Source: Candidatus Bipolaricaulota bacterium (lineage in GTDB: Bacteria; Bipolaricaulota; Bipolaricaulia; M55B111). From it: 38,316 nucleotides of DNA. Positions 16,528-26,590 of the stretch are shown piece by piece (positions within the stretch are counted from its first letter, which is position 1; every line of letters begins with the position of its first letter). The translations under genes were made by a program, and so were the position numbers. The stretch is taken from NCBI GenBank assembly GCA_018334615.1, contig JAGXLP010000002.1, positions 1-38,316 on the forward strand. The letters are read 5' to 3'. The notes under the pieces are model-generated. The model saw only the letters and a program-made list of their open reading frames with translations, did not search any database and was not told the DNA's origin.

Positions 16528-16836
16528 ATGGCAAGAGAAAAAATACGAATTAAGCTCAAAGGTTACGATCACGAGTTGGTGGATAGGTCCGTGGAGAGAA
16601 TTGTAACAACCGCGGAGGAGACCAGAGCCAAGATATCCGGACCTGTGCCACTCCCGACAGAGAGGAAGTTATATACTGTTTTGAAATCGCCCCACGTAAA
16701 CAAAACAGCGATGGAACACTTTGAGCGAAGAATCCACAATAGGTTGATTGATATCCAGGAGCCTACGTCGGAGACGATAAATGCACTAATGGATATCGAA
16801 CTACCTACAGGAATTGACGTAGAGATTAAGCTATAA
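16528..16836 (+). CDS. rpsJ: 30S ribosomal protein S10
   Basis: IRIKLKGYDHELVD and PLPTERKLYTVLKSPHV. Confidence 0.97.
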   Translation: MAREKIRIKLKGYDHELVDRSVERIVTTAEETRAKISGPVPLPTERKLYTVLKSPHVNKTAMEHFERRIHNRLIDIQEPTSETINALMDIELPTGIDVEIKL

Positions 16837-16875
16837 CGCACAAAGCAACCTGAGCCAAATTTGGAGGTCAAGAAA

Positions 16876-17499
16876 ATGTTAGGGACGTTAGGGGAAAAAG
16901 TTGGGATGACTCAGTATTACGATGAAACGGGTGCTGCCGTGGGAGCAACGGTAATTAAATCCGAGCCGGCGGTGGTTGTACAGGTAAAGACTCTTGAGAA
17001 GGAAGGTTACAATGGAATCCAGCTCGGCTATAAAGATACCGAGAGAAAGAAGTTGACCAAGCCAATGAAAGGCCACTTCGATAAATACGGTGTGGACCCC
17101 AAGAAATTTTTAGTCGAGTACCGCGTGGACGATCCGGAGGAGTTCAGCACCGGAGACGAGATAACGGTTGATCAATTTGATCCAGGAAGTACTGTCGATG
17201 TTACGGGCAATTCGAAAGGGAAGGGTTTCCAGGGTGTAGTTAAAAGGTGGAATTTCTCGGGCGGTCCCAAAACGCACGGCTCTCATTTTCACCGTAAGCC
17301 CGGTTCAATTGGTATGTGTGTTGAGCCCGGTAGAGTGTTGAAGGGGCAAAAGTTGCCCGGAAGGACTGGTTTTAATAAAGTTACCGTTCAGAATCTGGAA
17401 GTTTTGAAAGTTGACACCGATGAAGATCTTTTGGTGGTCAAAGGTTCGGTACCCGGACCGCGAGAAAACATATTAAAAGTCAGGAGTAGCGATGATTAA
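16876..17499 (+). CDS. rplC: 50S ribosomal protein L3
   Basis: MLGTLGEKVGMTQ and FSGGPKTHGS. I prefer ATG 16876, after GGAGGT, over the TTG at 16861. Confidence 0.96.
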   Translation: MLGTLGEKVGMTQYYDETGAAVGATVIKSEPAVVVQVKTLEKEGYNGIQLGYKDTERKKLTKPMKGHFDKYGVDPKKFLVEYRVDDPEEFSTGDEITVDQFDPGSTVDVTGNSKGKGFQGVVKRWNFSGGPKTHGSHFHRKPGSIGMCVEPGRVLKGQKLPGRTGFNKVTVQNLEVLKVDTDEDLLVVKGSVPGPRENILKVRSSDD

Positions 17500-18139
17500 C
17501 CTGGAAGTAAGGGGTCAAGAAGCTGATATTAGCGGGGAGATTGAAGTATCGGAAGACCTATTGGGAATTGAATTCCATAACGATCTCCTTTATCGAGCGG
17601 TTAAAGCCTACAGGACAAATGGAAGAGCAGGTTCAGCCAATACAAAAGACAGGTCGGAGGTAAAGGGATCCAACAGGAAACCCTGGCGGCAGAAAGGTAC
17701 CGGTCGGGCAAGGCACGGTCACAGGGCCTCCCCATTGTGGAGTGGGGGCGGTGTGATATTTGGTCCAAAACCGAAAAACTACGCGATGAACCTCCCTAAA
17801 AAGATGAAACATAAGGCGATAAGAAGTGCCCTGTCCACGAGGTATTCAGAAGGTAATTTGGTCGTGGTTGAACGGATTGAATTTGAAGAACCCAAGACTA
17901 AGCAGGGAGTATCTCTACTCGAAAATCTTGAATTGCCTACGGATACTCTTATAATTGTGTCTCAGGAAGAAGATGACTGGAAAGTTCGAAAGACCTTTAG
18001 CAATATCCCAGCTGCTGATTGTATTTCCACTTCTCAGATAAATGCATACGAAATTTTAAGACACGTGGGGATTTTGCTAACCAAGGGTTCCGTCGAGAAT
18101 CTCCAAAATAATTTGCTGGAAGAAGAAAAGGTAGAGTAA
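17492..18139 (+). CDS. rplD: 50S ribosomal protein L4
   Basis: RKPWRQKGTGRARHG. Overlaps the rplC stop. Confidence 0.96.
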   Translation: MINLEVRGQEADISGEIEVSEDLLGIEFHNDLLYRAVKAYRTNGRAGSANTKDRSEVKGSNRKPWRQKGTGRARHGHRASPLWSGGGVIFGPKPKNYAMNLPKKMKHKAIRSALSTRYSEGNLVVVERIEFEEPKTKQGVSLLENLELPTDTLIIVSQEEDDWKVRKTFSNIPAADCISTSQINAYEILRHVGILLTKGSVENLQNNLLEEEKVE

Positions 18140-18153
18140 CATAGGTGGTTTTA

Positions 18154-18447
18154 ATGGAACTTAGTAAAGAGGATATCATATTAGAGCCCGTAGTTACGGA
18201 GAATTCCTGGCGACTCCAGGAAGAAAGTAACAAATACGTGTTTCAGGTCCATCCACGGGCAAACAAGGTTATGGTAAGGGAAGCAATTGAAGAGTTATTT
18301 GGCGTAGATGTATTGAGCGTAAACACGATGAACTTAAAGGGAAAGCCGAAGAGGGAACAATTAAATCAGGAAAAAGGAAGGACCAGTTCCTGGAAAAAGG
18401 CCTACGTGAAGCTTTCCGAAGGAGACAGAATTGATATATTTGGATAG
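18154..18447 (+). CDS. rplW: 50S ribosomal protein L23
   Basis: L23 fold signature (YVFQVHPRANKVMVREAIEELFGV). ATG 18154 lies 5 nt after AGGTGG. Confidence 0.93.
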   Translation: MELSKEDIILEPVVTENSWRLQEESNKYVFQVHPRANKVMVREAIEELFGVDVLSVNTMNLKGKPKREQLNQEKGRTSSWKKAYVKLSEGDRIDIFG

Positions 18448-18461
18448 GGTTAGGTGAAACC

Positions 18462-19298
18462 ATGGGAATAAAGAGGTTTAAACCCGTCACGCCGGCAAAA
18501 AGGCATGCGGAAGTGACTGATTTTGATGAGCTGACGACCGATGAACCGGAAAAGTCTTTGCTTGAGCCCCTTAAAAAGTCCGGAGGACGGAATAACCAGG
18601 GAAAGGAGACAGTAAGAGGTCGAAGCGGGGGACATAAACGAAAATATCGGAAGGTAGATTTTCTCCGGGATAAGGAAGGTATCAAGGGAAAGGTGGTAAG
18701 CAGGGAATACGATCCAAATAGATCAGCCTGGATTACTCTCTTATTGTACGCTGACGGTGAGAGGCGCTATATTATTTCTCCGCTGAAGCTGGAAGTCGGT
18801 GATATGGTTGAAGCGGGGGATAGTGCCGAAGTTAGGCCGGGAAATGCTATACCTTTGCGAAAGATCCCGGCTGGAAGGCCGATTCACAACTTAGAATTCT
18901 CGCCCGGTTCCGGTGGGAAGATTGCAAGATCCGCCGGAGTAGATGCCAGAATAGTTGCCAAGGATCCCGAGCAAATAGATGTTAAGTTGCCCTCGGGCGA
19001 AATAAGGACTTTTAGCCCGGAGTGTAAAGCCACGGTCGGTCAGGTGAGCAACCCAAGTCATAAAAACGTTAAGAGCGGAAAGGCCGGTCGTTCTAGACAC
19101 CTGGGAAGGAAGCCGAAGGTTAGAGGTGTAGCAAAGAACGCGGTCGATCATCCTCATGGGGGAGGCGAAGGAAAAGCTTATGTTGGAAGGCCCCCCGTAT
19201 CTTCTACGGGAGTGCCGGCCAAAGGTGGAAAAACCAGGAAGTCAAAGAAGAGCGATAAGAAGATTATCAAAAGACGTACCAAGAAAAAGAGGGGATAA
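18462..19298 (+). CDS. rplB: 50S ribosomal protein L2
   Basis: [10 protein letters not shown] and a basic C-terminal tail. Confidence 0.98.
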   Translation: MGIKRFKPVTPAKRHAEVTDFDELTTDEPEKSLLEPLKKSGGRNNQGKETVRGRSGGHKRKYRKVDFLRDKEGIKGKVVSREYDPNRSAWITLLLYADGERRYIISPLKLEVGDMVEAGDSAEVRPGNAIPLRKIPAGRPIHNLEFSPGSGGKIARSAGVDARIVAKDPEQIDVKLPSGEIRTFSPECKATVGQVSNPSHKNVKSGKAGRSRHLGRKPKVRGVAKNAVDHPHGGGEGKAYVGRPPVSSTGVPAKGGKTRKSKKSDKKIIKRRTKKKRG

Positions 19299-19300
19299 CA

Positions 19301-19588
19301 ATGCCCAGGTCAGTTAAAAAAGGACCCTATATAAAGGATAGCTTAAAAAAGAAGGTTGAAAAGGCGAAGAAAGGCGAGCTAGAAGAAATTAAAACCTGGT
19401 CGAGAGATTCTACAATATTACCTCAAATGGTTGGGTTGACGATCAAGGTACATAATGGTCGTGATCATGTTCCCGTGGAAATATCGGAAAATATGGTGGG
19501 ACACAAACTAGGAGAGTTTGCCTCGACGAGAACGTTTAGAGAACACGGCGGAATACGGAAGAAAGAACCGATAACCCCGGTTGGGTAA
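19301..19588 (+). CDS. rpsS: 30S ribosomal protein S19
   Basis: PRSVKKGPY and [13 protein letters not shown]. Confidence 0.98.
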   Translation: MPRSVKKGPYIKDSLKKKVEKAKKGELEEIKTWSRDSTILPQMVGLTIKVHNGRDHVPVEISENMVGHKLGEFASTRTFREHGGIRKKEPITPVG

Positions 19589-19589
19589 T

Positions 19590-19928
19590 ATGAAAGAATC
19601 CAAAGCGATTACCAAGAACGTAAGGGTCTCTCCGAAAAAAGCCAGGCTGGTTGCGGATGCAATTAGGGGACAATCGGTTGATGAAGCGTTAAAAACCGTA
19701 AAGTTCTCAAAAAAGAAGGCTGCCCGGTATTTAAAGGATACTTTGGAATCGGCAATAGCTAATGCTCAACATAATCACGACATGGCCGTAGATAAGCTCA
19801 AGGTCAAGGAGGCTGCGATTGATGAAGGACAAACGATCAAGCGAATGAAACCTCGAGCTCAAGGCAGGGCTGATATAATGAAACGAAGGCAAAGTCATAT
19901 CAAAGTAATCCTAGTGGAGGAAGAATAA
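19590..19928 (+). CDS. rplV: 50S ribosomal protein L22
   Basis: VRVSPKKARLVADAIRG. ATG 19590 lies just after the rpsS TAA. Confidence 0.96.
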   Translation: MKESKAITKNVRVSPKKARLVADAIRGQSVDEALKTVKFSKKKAARYLKDTLESAIANAQHNHDMAVDKLKVKEAAIDEGQTIKRMKPRAQGRADIMKRRQSHIKVILVEEE

Positions 19929-20584
19929 TGGGACAGAAAGTAAATCCGGTCGGTTTTCGTATAGGCGTTAATAAGAAATGGGAGTCCAATTGGTATAGCG
20001 ATGAGAAAGCCCCTGAGTACATTGCGGAGGATCATGAGATACGAGAAACAGTTGAGGAACGATACCGGGGAGCGGGAATCGCAAAAGTTAGCATTGAACG
20101 GCCCAGAGACAATAGAATTTCGATGATAATTGTCTCTGCTCGTCCGGGGATAATCATCGGCAAGGGTGGAAGTGAGATAAATAAATTCCAGCAGGAATTG
20201 AGCGATAAAACAGGAAGGGACGTTAACATATCCGTCAAGGAGGCAAGCAAGCCACACTTGCAGGCTCAATTGATCGCTCAGGAAGTGGCCTTTCAGATCG
20301 AGAACAGAATTCCGCCGATCAGAGCCATGAAAGAGGTAATTTCTCGATCAATGGCTAAGGGTGCCAAAGGTGTAAAAGTGAAATGTTCCGGAAGAATCGG
20401 AGGGGCCAATTTGTCGAGATCGGTCTCGCAGGACGAAGGGAGAATCCCCCTGCAAACTATCCGGGCGGATATAGATTATGGTTTTATCGAAGCGAGAACT
20501 AAATATGGACCGATCGGCGTTAAGGCCTGGGTTTTTAGAGAGGAAATATTACCCGAGGGTGTACCTGAAGGTTTGAGTCTTTAA
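19928..20584 (+). CDS. rpsC: 30S ribosomal protein S3
   Basis: MGQKVNPVGFRIG and a KH domain. TAATG overlap with rplV. Confidence 0.98.
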   Translation: MGQKVNPVGFRIGVNKKWESNWYSDEKAPEYIAEDHEIRETVEERYRGAGIAKVSIERPRDNRISMIIVSARPGIIIGKGGSEINKFQQELSDKTGRDVNISVKEASKPHLQAQLIAQEVAFQIENRIPPIRAMKEVISRSMAKGAKGVKVKCSGRIGGANLSRSVSQDEGRIPLQTIRADIDYGFIEARTKYGPIGVKAWVFREEILPEGVPEGLSL

Positions 20585-20600
20585 TTAAGGATGGTCACAA

Positions 20601-21029
20601 ATGGCATTATATCCAGCTGATACGAAACATAGAAAGCAACAGCGGGGCCGAACTAAGGGAAGAGCTAGTAGAGGGAACAAGGTATCGTTTGGTGAATACG
20701 GAATTCAATCAAAGGACCCCGGTTGGCTAACCAGTAAACAAATTGAAACGGCAAGAATGACCCTTGCTCACGAGACCCAGCGTGATTCAAAAATCTGGGT
20801 TAGAGTTTTTCCCGATAAACCGATAACTAAAACTCCTGCTGAAACGAGGATGGGTAAGGGAAAAGGGGAGCCGGCCGAGTGGGTTGCGGTTATACGACCA
20901 GGAAGAATCATTTTTGAGTTCTCGGGAGTGGATGCAGAGAAAGCTAAACGCCTTCATCAGTTGGTTTCGTACAAATTGCCGTTAAAAACGAGGCTCAAGG
21001 AGAGAATTATGTTGGGAGGAGAAAAATGA
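20601..21029 (+). CDS. rplP: 50S ribosomal protein L16
   Basis: RMGKGKGEP. Confidence 0.97.
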   Translation: MALYPADTKHRKQQRGRTKGRASRGNKVSFGEYGIQSKDPGWLTSKQIETARMTLAHETQRDSKIWVRVFPDKPITKTPAETRMGKGKGEPAEWVAVIRPGRIIFEFSGVDAEKAKRLHQLVSYKLPLKTRLKERIMLGGEK

Positions 21030-21226
21030 GGCCTGGCGAATTAAGGGAGCTAACTGACGAAGAGCTAGAAGAAAAGGTCGACGAATTGAAGGAGAAGCTA
21101 TTTAATCTGAGGTTTCAGAAGGCCACGGGGGAACTGGACAATACGGCTGAGTTTCAGAAGACGAAAAAAGATATCGCACGTGTTAAGACGATTAGAAGGG
21201 AGAGAGAAGGGGAAGGAGTGGAGTGA
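21026..21226 (+). CDS. rpmC: 50S ribosomal protein L29
   Basis: [26 protein letters not shown] overlap with rplP. Confidence 0.95.
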   Translation: MRPGELRELTDEELEEKVDELKEKLFNLRFQKATGELDNTAEFQKTKKDIARVKTIRREREGEGVE

Positions 21227-21227
21227 G

Positions 21228-21479
21228 ATGAAGAAGAAAAAAAGAGGCAAGGTTATCAGCGCGGATATGGATAAAACTATAACGGTCGCTGTAGATACGC
21301 ATAAACAACATCCACGCTATAAAAAGTACTTAAAACAGAGGTCGAAGTTTTACGCGCACGACGAGGAAGAGGAAGCAAAAGAAGGGGACTGGGTAGTAAT
21401 CAGTGAGACGAGGCCGATCAGTAAGAAGAAGAGGTGGATGCTGGAGAAGATCTTGGAAAAGCCGGGAGGGGAGTCGTGA
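21228..21479 (+). CDS. rpsQ: 30S ribosomal protein S17
   Basis: [22 protein letters not shown] 21228 lies 1 nt after the rpmC stop. Confidence 0.95.
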   Translation: MKKKKRGKVISADMDKTITVAVDTHKQHPRYKKYLKQRSKFYAHDEEEEAKEGDWVVISETRPISKKKRWMLEKILEKPGGES

Positions 21480-21844
21480 TCCAGCAAGAGACAGAGCTAA
21501 AAGTAGCGGATAATTCCGGTGCGAAACGATTAAGGTGTATTAACGTCCTCGGACAATCTAACAAAAACAAGGGTAAGATCGGTGATATCGTCACCGCTTC
21601 CGTGAAGAAACGGATACCTGATAGCGACCTGGAAAAGGGAGAAGTAGTCCGGGCTGTCATAGTGCGAACGAAGAGCAATTTTCGCCGTGAAGACGGTTCT
21701 TACATAAGATTTGACGATAACGCCGCAGTATTGGTGGATGAAAGAATGGAGCCGGTAGGGACGAGAATCTTTGGCCCCGTAACTAGAGAACTCAGGGAAG
21801 GGGACATGCTTCGTATCATTTCCCTGGCGCCCGAGGTTTTATAG
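21476..21844 (+). CDS. rplN: 50S ribosomal protein L14
   Basis: (V/M)[16 protein letters not shown]. The GTG start overlaps the rpsQ TGA (GTGA). Confidence 0.96.
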   Translation: MIQQETELKVADNSGAKRLRCINVLGQSNKNKGKIGDIVTASVKKRIPDSDLEKGEVVRAVIVRTKSNFRREDGSYIRFDDNAAVLVDERMEPVGTRIFGPVTRELREGDMLRIISLAPEVL

Positions 21845-21853
21845 GAGGTAATT

Positions 21854-22165
21854 ATGAGGAAAGTTCAGGAAGGCGATCGGGTCAAGGTCATCGCGGGCAA
21901 CGATAAGGGAAAAGAAGGTGAAGTGTTAAGCGTAGATCCAAAATCAGGTCGGGTCGTTGTGGAAAACGTCAATTTTAGGTTGAGACACCAGCAACGGACT
22001 CAACAACAAAAAGAACCTGGCATTATAGAGAGAGAGGAACCAATTGATATATCCAACGTAATGCCTATTTGTCCTTCCTGTGACGAACCCACTCGAGTTG
22101 GATTTGACGAAGTAGCGGGTGAAAAGGTTCGAGTTTGTAAGAAATGTGAGGGGGTTCTGGAATAG
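21854..22165 (+). CDS. rplX: 50S ribosomal protein L24, with a Cys4 zinc-ribbon insertion
   Basis: KOW motif GDRVKVIAGNDKGKEG, plus CPSC...CKKC. Confidence 0.95.
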   Translation: MRKVQEGDRVKVIAGNDKGKEGEVLSVDPKSGRVVVENVNFRLRHQQRTQQQKEPGIIEREEPIDISNVMPICPSCDEPTRVGFDEVAGEKVRVCKKCEGVLE

Positions 22166-22168
22166 GAA

Positions 22169-22699
22169 ATGCTCAAGGAAAAATATGAAGAGGAAATAAA
22201 GAGTAAACTTATGAATGAGTTGAGTTATAGTAATCCAATGGAAGTACCAGGAATAGAAAAAGTAGTAGTCAATATGGGAATCTCGGAACGGGAAGATCCC
22301 GGAATCATCGACGGTGCCGTGGAAAACCTGATGACAATCACTGGACAGAACCCCGTAGTGACGAGAGCACGGAAGTCCATTGCGGATTTCGATATTAGAA
22401 GGGGTGTTCCTGTGGGCTGCAAGGTTACGTTACGAAGAGAACGGGCGTATGAATTTGTAAATAAGCTGTTTAACCTTGCTCTGCCTAGTATTAGGGATTT
22501 TCGTGGCCTTTCACCGGATTCTTTTGACGGAAGAGGCAACTATAGCCTGGGGATTGATGAACAGCTGGTTTTTCCGGAAATTACGTTCGACGACGTTAGG
22601 CGGGTTCAGGGCATGGATATTACCATAGTGACCAGTGCCGAAACGGACAGAGAGGGGTATTATCTCCTGAAGGAATTAGGTTCCCCATTTAGAGAATAA
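22169..22699 (+). CDS. rplE: 50S ribosomal protein L5
   Basis: NPMEVPGIEKVVVNMG and GNYSLGI.EQLVFPEI. Confidence 0.97.
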   Translation: MLKEKYEEEIKSKLMNELSYSNPMEVPGIEKVVVNMGISEREDPGIIDGAVENLMTITGQNPVVTRARKSIADFDIRRGVPVGCKVTLRRERAYEFVNKLFNLALPSIRDFRGLSPDSFDGRGNYSLGIDEQLVFPEITFDDVRRVQGMDITIVTSAETDREGYYLLKELGSPFRE

Positions 22700-22711
22700 T
22701 CGGAGGGTATT

Positions 22712-22897
22712 ATGGCACGAAAAGCGCTTGTCGAAAAGGCAAAAAAGGATAAGAAGTACGACGTTAGAGATTATAACAGATGTAATATTTGTGGACGCTC
22801 CAGGGGTTACATAAGGGACTTTGGGATATGCCGTGTTTGTTTTCGAGAGCTTGCCCACGAGGGAGAGCTACCCGGGATAAAAAAGGCTAGCTGGTAA
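22712..22897 (+). CDS. rpsN: 30S ribosomal protein S14, short zinc-binding type Z
   Basis: 61 aa with CNICG...CRVCFRE and a C-terminal KKASW. Confidence 0.96.
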   Translation: MARKALVEKAKKDKKYDVRDYNRCNICGRSRGYIRDFGICRVCFRELAHEGELPGIKKASW

Positions 22898-22923
22898 AGT
22901 TAAGAAATACTGGGAGGAACACC

Positions 22924-23322
22924 ATGACTACACAGGATCCGATTAGCGATATGATTACGAGAATAAGGAACGCAAGTCGAAGGGGACATGACGTCGTTTC
23001 CTTGCCGGGCTCCACGTTAAAAGAATCAATCGCTCAGGTACTTTTACGGGAAGGCTACATATCAGATTACGAGGTAGAAGAGTTGCCGGCAGGTAAGAAA
23101 AATCTTAATTTGAGCCTTAGTTATAAAAAAGGGAAGGCGGTAATCGAGGGTATTGAAAGAGAAAGCAAACCTTCGGGAAGAGTTTACGTATCTAAAGACG
23201 AGATACCAATGGTTCTCGGGGGATTGGGAACTGCCGTGCTTAGTACCTCCAAAGGGTTAATGACTGGAAAAGACGCTCGCGAAGAGGAAGTTGGCGGGGA
23301 ATTGTTATTAAAGGTTTGGTGA
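22924..23322 (+). CDS. rpsH: 30S ribosomal protein S8
   Basis: DPISDMITRIRNA and a C-terminal GGELLLKVW. Confidence 0.97.
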   Translation: MTTQDPISDMITRIRNASRRGHDVVSLPGSTLKESIAQVLLREGYISDYEVEELPAGKKNLNLSLSYKKGKAVIEGIERESKPSGRVYVSKDEIPMVLGGLGTAVLSTSKGLMTGKDAREEEVGGELLLKVW

Positions 23323-23332
23323 GGTGATTTAG

Positions 23333-23902
23333 ATGTCAAAGGTGGGAAAGGCGCCAATTGATATACCCGAGGAAGTAGAGGTAACCGTTAGAGATGATGC
23401 CGTAGAAGTGAAAGGGAATAACGGTCTCGAATTTGCACAGGAATACGATTCTGACTTTGTTGCTATAGATATAGAAGACGATCATGTTGTCGTAAAGCGT
23501 AAAGGTGATCGCAAAGAATACCGAGAGAAGCATGGACTCTACCGAAGTTTGGTTGCAAACATGATAGAAGGGTTGGTTAATCCTTTTGAAAAGACTCTGG
23601 TCTTAGAGGGACTGGGTTACAGAGTTAGGGAGCAAGGTAATGATTTGGTGTTCGAGCTAGGTTATTCTCACCCCATAGACTACGATTTACCCGAACACAT
23701 TGAGGCTGAGGTAGAGAACAACGATCAAGTTACTATTAAGGGCCCCGACAAACAAGAGGTTGGTCAGGTGGCTGCTGATATTAGAAGTCTCCGACCGCCC
23801 GAGCCTTATAAAGGAAAAGGGATTAGGTATAAAGGGGAAGAAATTATCAGGAAGGAAGGGAAATTGTCGGGTGGAGAGGAAGCTGAGATCGGTAGCAGTT
23901 AA
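23333..23902 (+). CDS. rplF: 50S ribosomal protein L6
   Basis: SKVGKAPIDIP and PEPYKGKGIRY. Confidence 0.97.
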   Translation: MSKVGKAPIDIPEEVEVTVRDDAVEVKGNNGLEFAQEYDSDFVAIDIEDDHVVVKRKGDRKEYREKHGLYRSLVANMIEGLVNPFEKTLVLEGLGYRVREQGNDLVFELGYSHPIDYDLPEHIEAEVENNDQVTIKGPDKQEVGQVAADIRSLRPPEPYKGKGIRYKGEEIIRKEGKLSGGEEAEIGSS

Positions 23903-23952
23903 ACTTACTTATCTGGTTCCGGGTGAATTTAAAATCTAGGAGGATTACAGTA

Positions 23953-24315
23953 GTGCCAAAAGTCGATAGAGAAAGCAAGAGAAAGATAAGGCATAAAAGG
24001 ATTAGAAGAAATATCAGAGGGACTTCCAGGAAACCCAGGGTTTACGTCAAAAAATCGAATAGACATATTTATGCTCAGGCAATTGACGATATCAACGGGG
24101 ACACAATTGCTGCCGCGTCCAGTTTAAGTCCGGACCTTGAGGAAGAGGTAGGAAATGCTACGATCGAGACCGCAAAAAAGGTAGGCTCTTTATTAGCTTC
24201 AAAATTGGTTGAAAAGGGACACAGGGAAGTAGTATTTGATCGTGGTGGTTACCCGTATCATGGGAAGGTCAAGGAACTGGCTGATCAGATGAGAGAGGAG
24301 GGACTCGAGTTTTAG
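23953..24315 (+). CDS. rplR: 50S ribosomal protein L18
   Basis: RKPRVYVKKSNRHIYAQAIDD and FDRGGYPYHGKVKELAD. I prefer GTG 23953, about 8 nt after AGGAGG, over the ORF-track start at 23923. Confidence 0.93.
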   Translation: MPKVDRESKRKIRHKRIRRNIRGTSRKPRVYVKKSNRHIYAQAIDDINGDTIAAASSLSPDLEEEVGNATIETAKKVGSLLASKLVEKGHREVVFDRGGYPYHGKVKELADQMREEGLEF

Positions 24316-24317
24316 TT

Positions 24318-24830
24318 ATGCCAAGAAATAATAGAAGGAAAGATGAATTTGATGATAACGTCATTGATATAAGCCGGGTCAGTAAGGTAACAAAGGGAGG
24401 TAGAAATTTAAGGTTCCGGGTTCTGGTGGCTGCTGGTAATTATGAGGGAAGGATAGGTGTAGGGTCAGGTAATACGGATGAAATACCTCAAGCTATCGGA
24501 CAGGCCGTGAGGGACGCGAAAAAACATCTGGTGACGGTACCAATCGTGAACGGAACTATCCCTCATGAAATTACTGGAGAATTTAAAGCGGGCAAAGTTA
24601 TACTAAAACCTGCTTATAGGGGAACTGGAATAATTGCCGGGGACGTCGTTGGCACTATCTGCCGATTGGCGGGACTGGATAATATATTGACGAAATCAAT
24701 AGGAACGAATAACCCCATGACTCTGGCTAAAGCGGTCACAGAAGGATTTAGCCGGTTGAAGACGCCTGAAGAAGCAGCCAGTCTCAGGGGAAAAGACCTC
24801 GAAGATCTCGAGGAGGCTTTTCAGAAATGA
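24318..24830 (+). CDS. rpsE: 30S ribosomal protein S5
   Basis: VSKVTKGGRNLRFRVLVAAGN. Confidence 0.97.
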   Translation: MPRNNRRKDEFDDNVIDISRVSKVTKGGRNLRFRVLVAAGNYEGRIGVGSGNTDEIPQAIGQAVRDAKKHLVTVPIVNGTIPHEITGEFKAGKVILKPAYRGTGIIAGDVVGTICRLAGLDNILTKSIGTNNPMTLAKAVTEGFSRLKTPEEAASLRGKDLEDLEEAFQK

Positions 24831-25285
24831 AAAAATTAGAGGACCTGAAGCCCACAGAAGGAAGCAGGCAAGGGAAAAGCCGCCTGGGTAGGGGATACGG
24901 ATCGGGAAAAGGCGGTCATGAGTCCGGACGAGGAACGAAAGGACAAAATGCCCGAAGCGGGGGAAAGACGAAAGTCGGTTTCGAGGGAGGCCAGACCCCG
25001 ATATGGAGGAGATTTCCCAAAATAGGCTTTTCCAATCCAAACAAAAAGGACCTCGAATGGATAAACGTCCATCAGTTAAACAGGTATTCGGATGGAGAAG
25101 TCGTTGACCGTGCCCGATTAAAGGCGGATGGTCTTATTGGCACTGTAAAAGATGGTCTGAAGATTCTGGGTGACGGAGAACTGACGAAGGAGTTAACAGT
25201 CAAAGCCGACCAGTTTAGTTCCGGAGCAAGGAAAAAGATCGAGGAAGCTGGTGGCAATTGCGAAGTAATTGGCAAAGAAGAGTGA
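24827..25285 (+). CDS. rplO: 50S ribosomal protein L15
   Basis: GRGYGSGKGGHESGRGTKGQNARSGG. ATGA overlap with rpsE, which leaves no room for rpmD. Confidence 0.96.
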   Translation: MKKLEDLKPTEGSRQGKSRLGRGYGSGKGGHESGRGTKGQNARSGGKTKVGFEGGQTPIWRRFPKIGFSNPNKKDLEWINVHQLNRYSDGEVVDRARLKADGLIGTVKDGLKILGDGELTKELTVKADQFSSGARKKIEEAGGNCEVIGKEE

Positions 25286-25291
25286 TTTCCC

Positions 25292-26587
25292 GTGCTTAAT
25301 CAGCTGGCCAGCATACTAAAGATACCTGAACTAAGGAAGCGTATTTTGTTTACGCTGGGGGCCATCGCGATATTTCGTGCAGGCACGCATATCCCTATTC
25401 CGGGGATAAATCCCGAAGCTCTGGCCCGACTTTTCGAACAGAGCGGGGGAAATATTCTTCAATATTTGAATATGTTTACCGGGGGAGCACTTGGGCGAGG
25501 GACCCTTTTTGGTCTTGGAATAACTCCTTACATTAATGCTTCAATTATTATGAGTCTCTTAACTGCCGTAGTCCCGAAGTTAAAAGAGTTACAGCAACAG
25601 GGTCGAGAGGGTAAAAGGGTTATTACAAAATATACGAGGTACGGGACTCTGGCAATTGCATTTATCCAATCCTATGGCTGGAGTTTTTTCCTGGTTAGGC
25701 AGGGTATGATTGAAGGCTCCGTCGTGTTATTTTTTATTACCGCTGTTTTGTCCATGACTACAGGTACGGTTTTCTTGATGTGGCTTGGAGAGAGAATTAC
25801 GGAAAATGGTATAGGAAACGGAATTTCCGTACTAATCATGGCAGGGATTATGGCACGATTTCCCAGTCAGTTGTATAGTACCTGGATAGAGGTTAATGCC
25901 GGAACCGTCAGTCCTATCTGGGGATTGATACTTATCGCTGTTTTCATCGCTGTTATAGCCGGAGTTGTTATCGTCCAGCAAGGACGAAGAAAGATTCGGA
26001 TTCAATATGCCAAGAGGACCGCGGGTAGAAAAGTTTATGGTGGGCATACCAGTCATTTACCCATCAAGGTAAATCAGGGTGGAGTGATACCGATCATATT
26101 TGCTTCAGTTTTGCTATCACTTCCAATGACCGTAGCCCAGTGGGCACCCGGACTGTCCTGGATGACCCAGTGGGTCCAGAGAGGCAGTATACCTTATTTG
26201 CTTGCCTACGTACTTTTGATAATTTTCTTTACGTATTTCTATAGTGCGATAATCTTTGACCCGAATGACGTGGCAAAGAACTTGAAAGAGTCCGGTGGTT
26301 TTATCCCCGGGGTTCGGCCTGGAGAATCTACGGTTGAATACATTCGATCTATACTCAATAGATTATTGTTGGTTGGAGCCATGTTCCTGGGTGCAATTGC
26401 TGTATTACCCTACGTTTTTACCGCTGTCAGTGGTTTAACTTCGTTCTGGCTTGGCGGTACCTCAGTCTTGATCGTGGTCGGAGTTGGGCTGGATGTCTTG
26501 ATGCAGATTGAATCCCACATGGTCATGCGTCATTACGATAGCTTAACAGAAGCCGGTGGTTCCGCGCTTCTGGGCAGAAGGAGCTAG
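25292..26587 (+). CDS. secY: Preprotein translocase subunit SecY
   Basis: Multi-TM protein in the canonical position after rplO. LRKRILFTLG..IFR.GTHIPIPGI. GTG start. Confidence 0.96.
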   Translation: MLNQLASILKIPELRKRILFTLGAIAIFRAGTHIPIPGINPEALARLFEQSGGNILQYLNMFTGGALGRGTLFGLGITPYINASIIMSLLTAVVPKLKELQQQGREGKRVITKYTRYGTLAIAFIQSYGWSFFLVRQGMIEGSVVLFFITAVLSMTTGTVFLMWLGERITENGIGNGISVLIMAGIMARFPSQLYSTWIEVNAGTVSPIWGLILIAVFIAVIAGVVIVQQGRRKIRIQYAKRTAGRKVYGGHTSHLPIKVNQGGVIPIIFASVLLSLPMTVAQWAPGLSWMTQWVQRGSIPYLLAYVLLIIFFTYFYSAIIFDPNDVAKNLKESGGFIPGVRPGESTVEYIRSILNRLLLVGAMFLGAIAVLPYVFTAVSGLTSFWLGGTSVLIVVGVGLDVLMQIESHMVMRHYDSLTEAGGSALLGRRS

Positions 26588-26590
26588 ATA

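Noticed and set aside
21180-21475. The longer ORF-track starts for rpsQ (21180) and rplN (21434). Similar extensions apply to rplC (16861), rplV (19581), rplR (23923), rplQ (30685), deoC (2048), hpf (3589) and the FmdB-like gene (7427).
   Set aside because: The extensions overlap the preceding genes and are not conserved N-termini. Internal ATG or GTG codons with properly spaced GGAGG-type SD sites reproduce the canonical protein N-termini.
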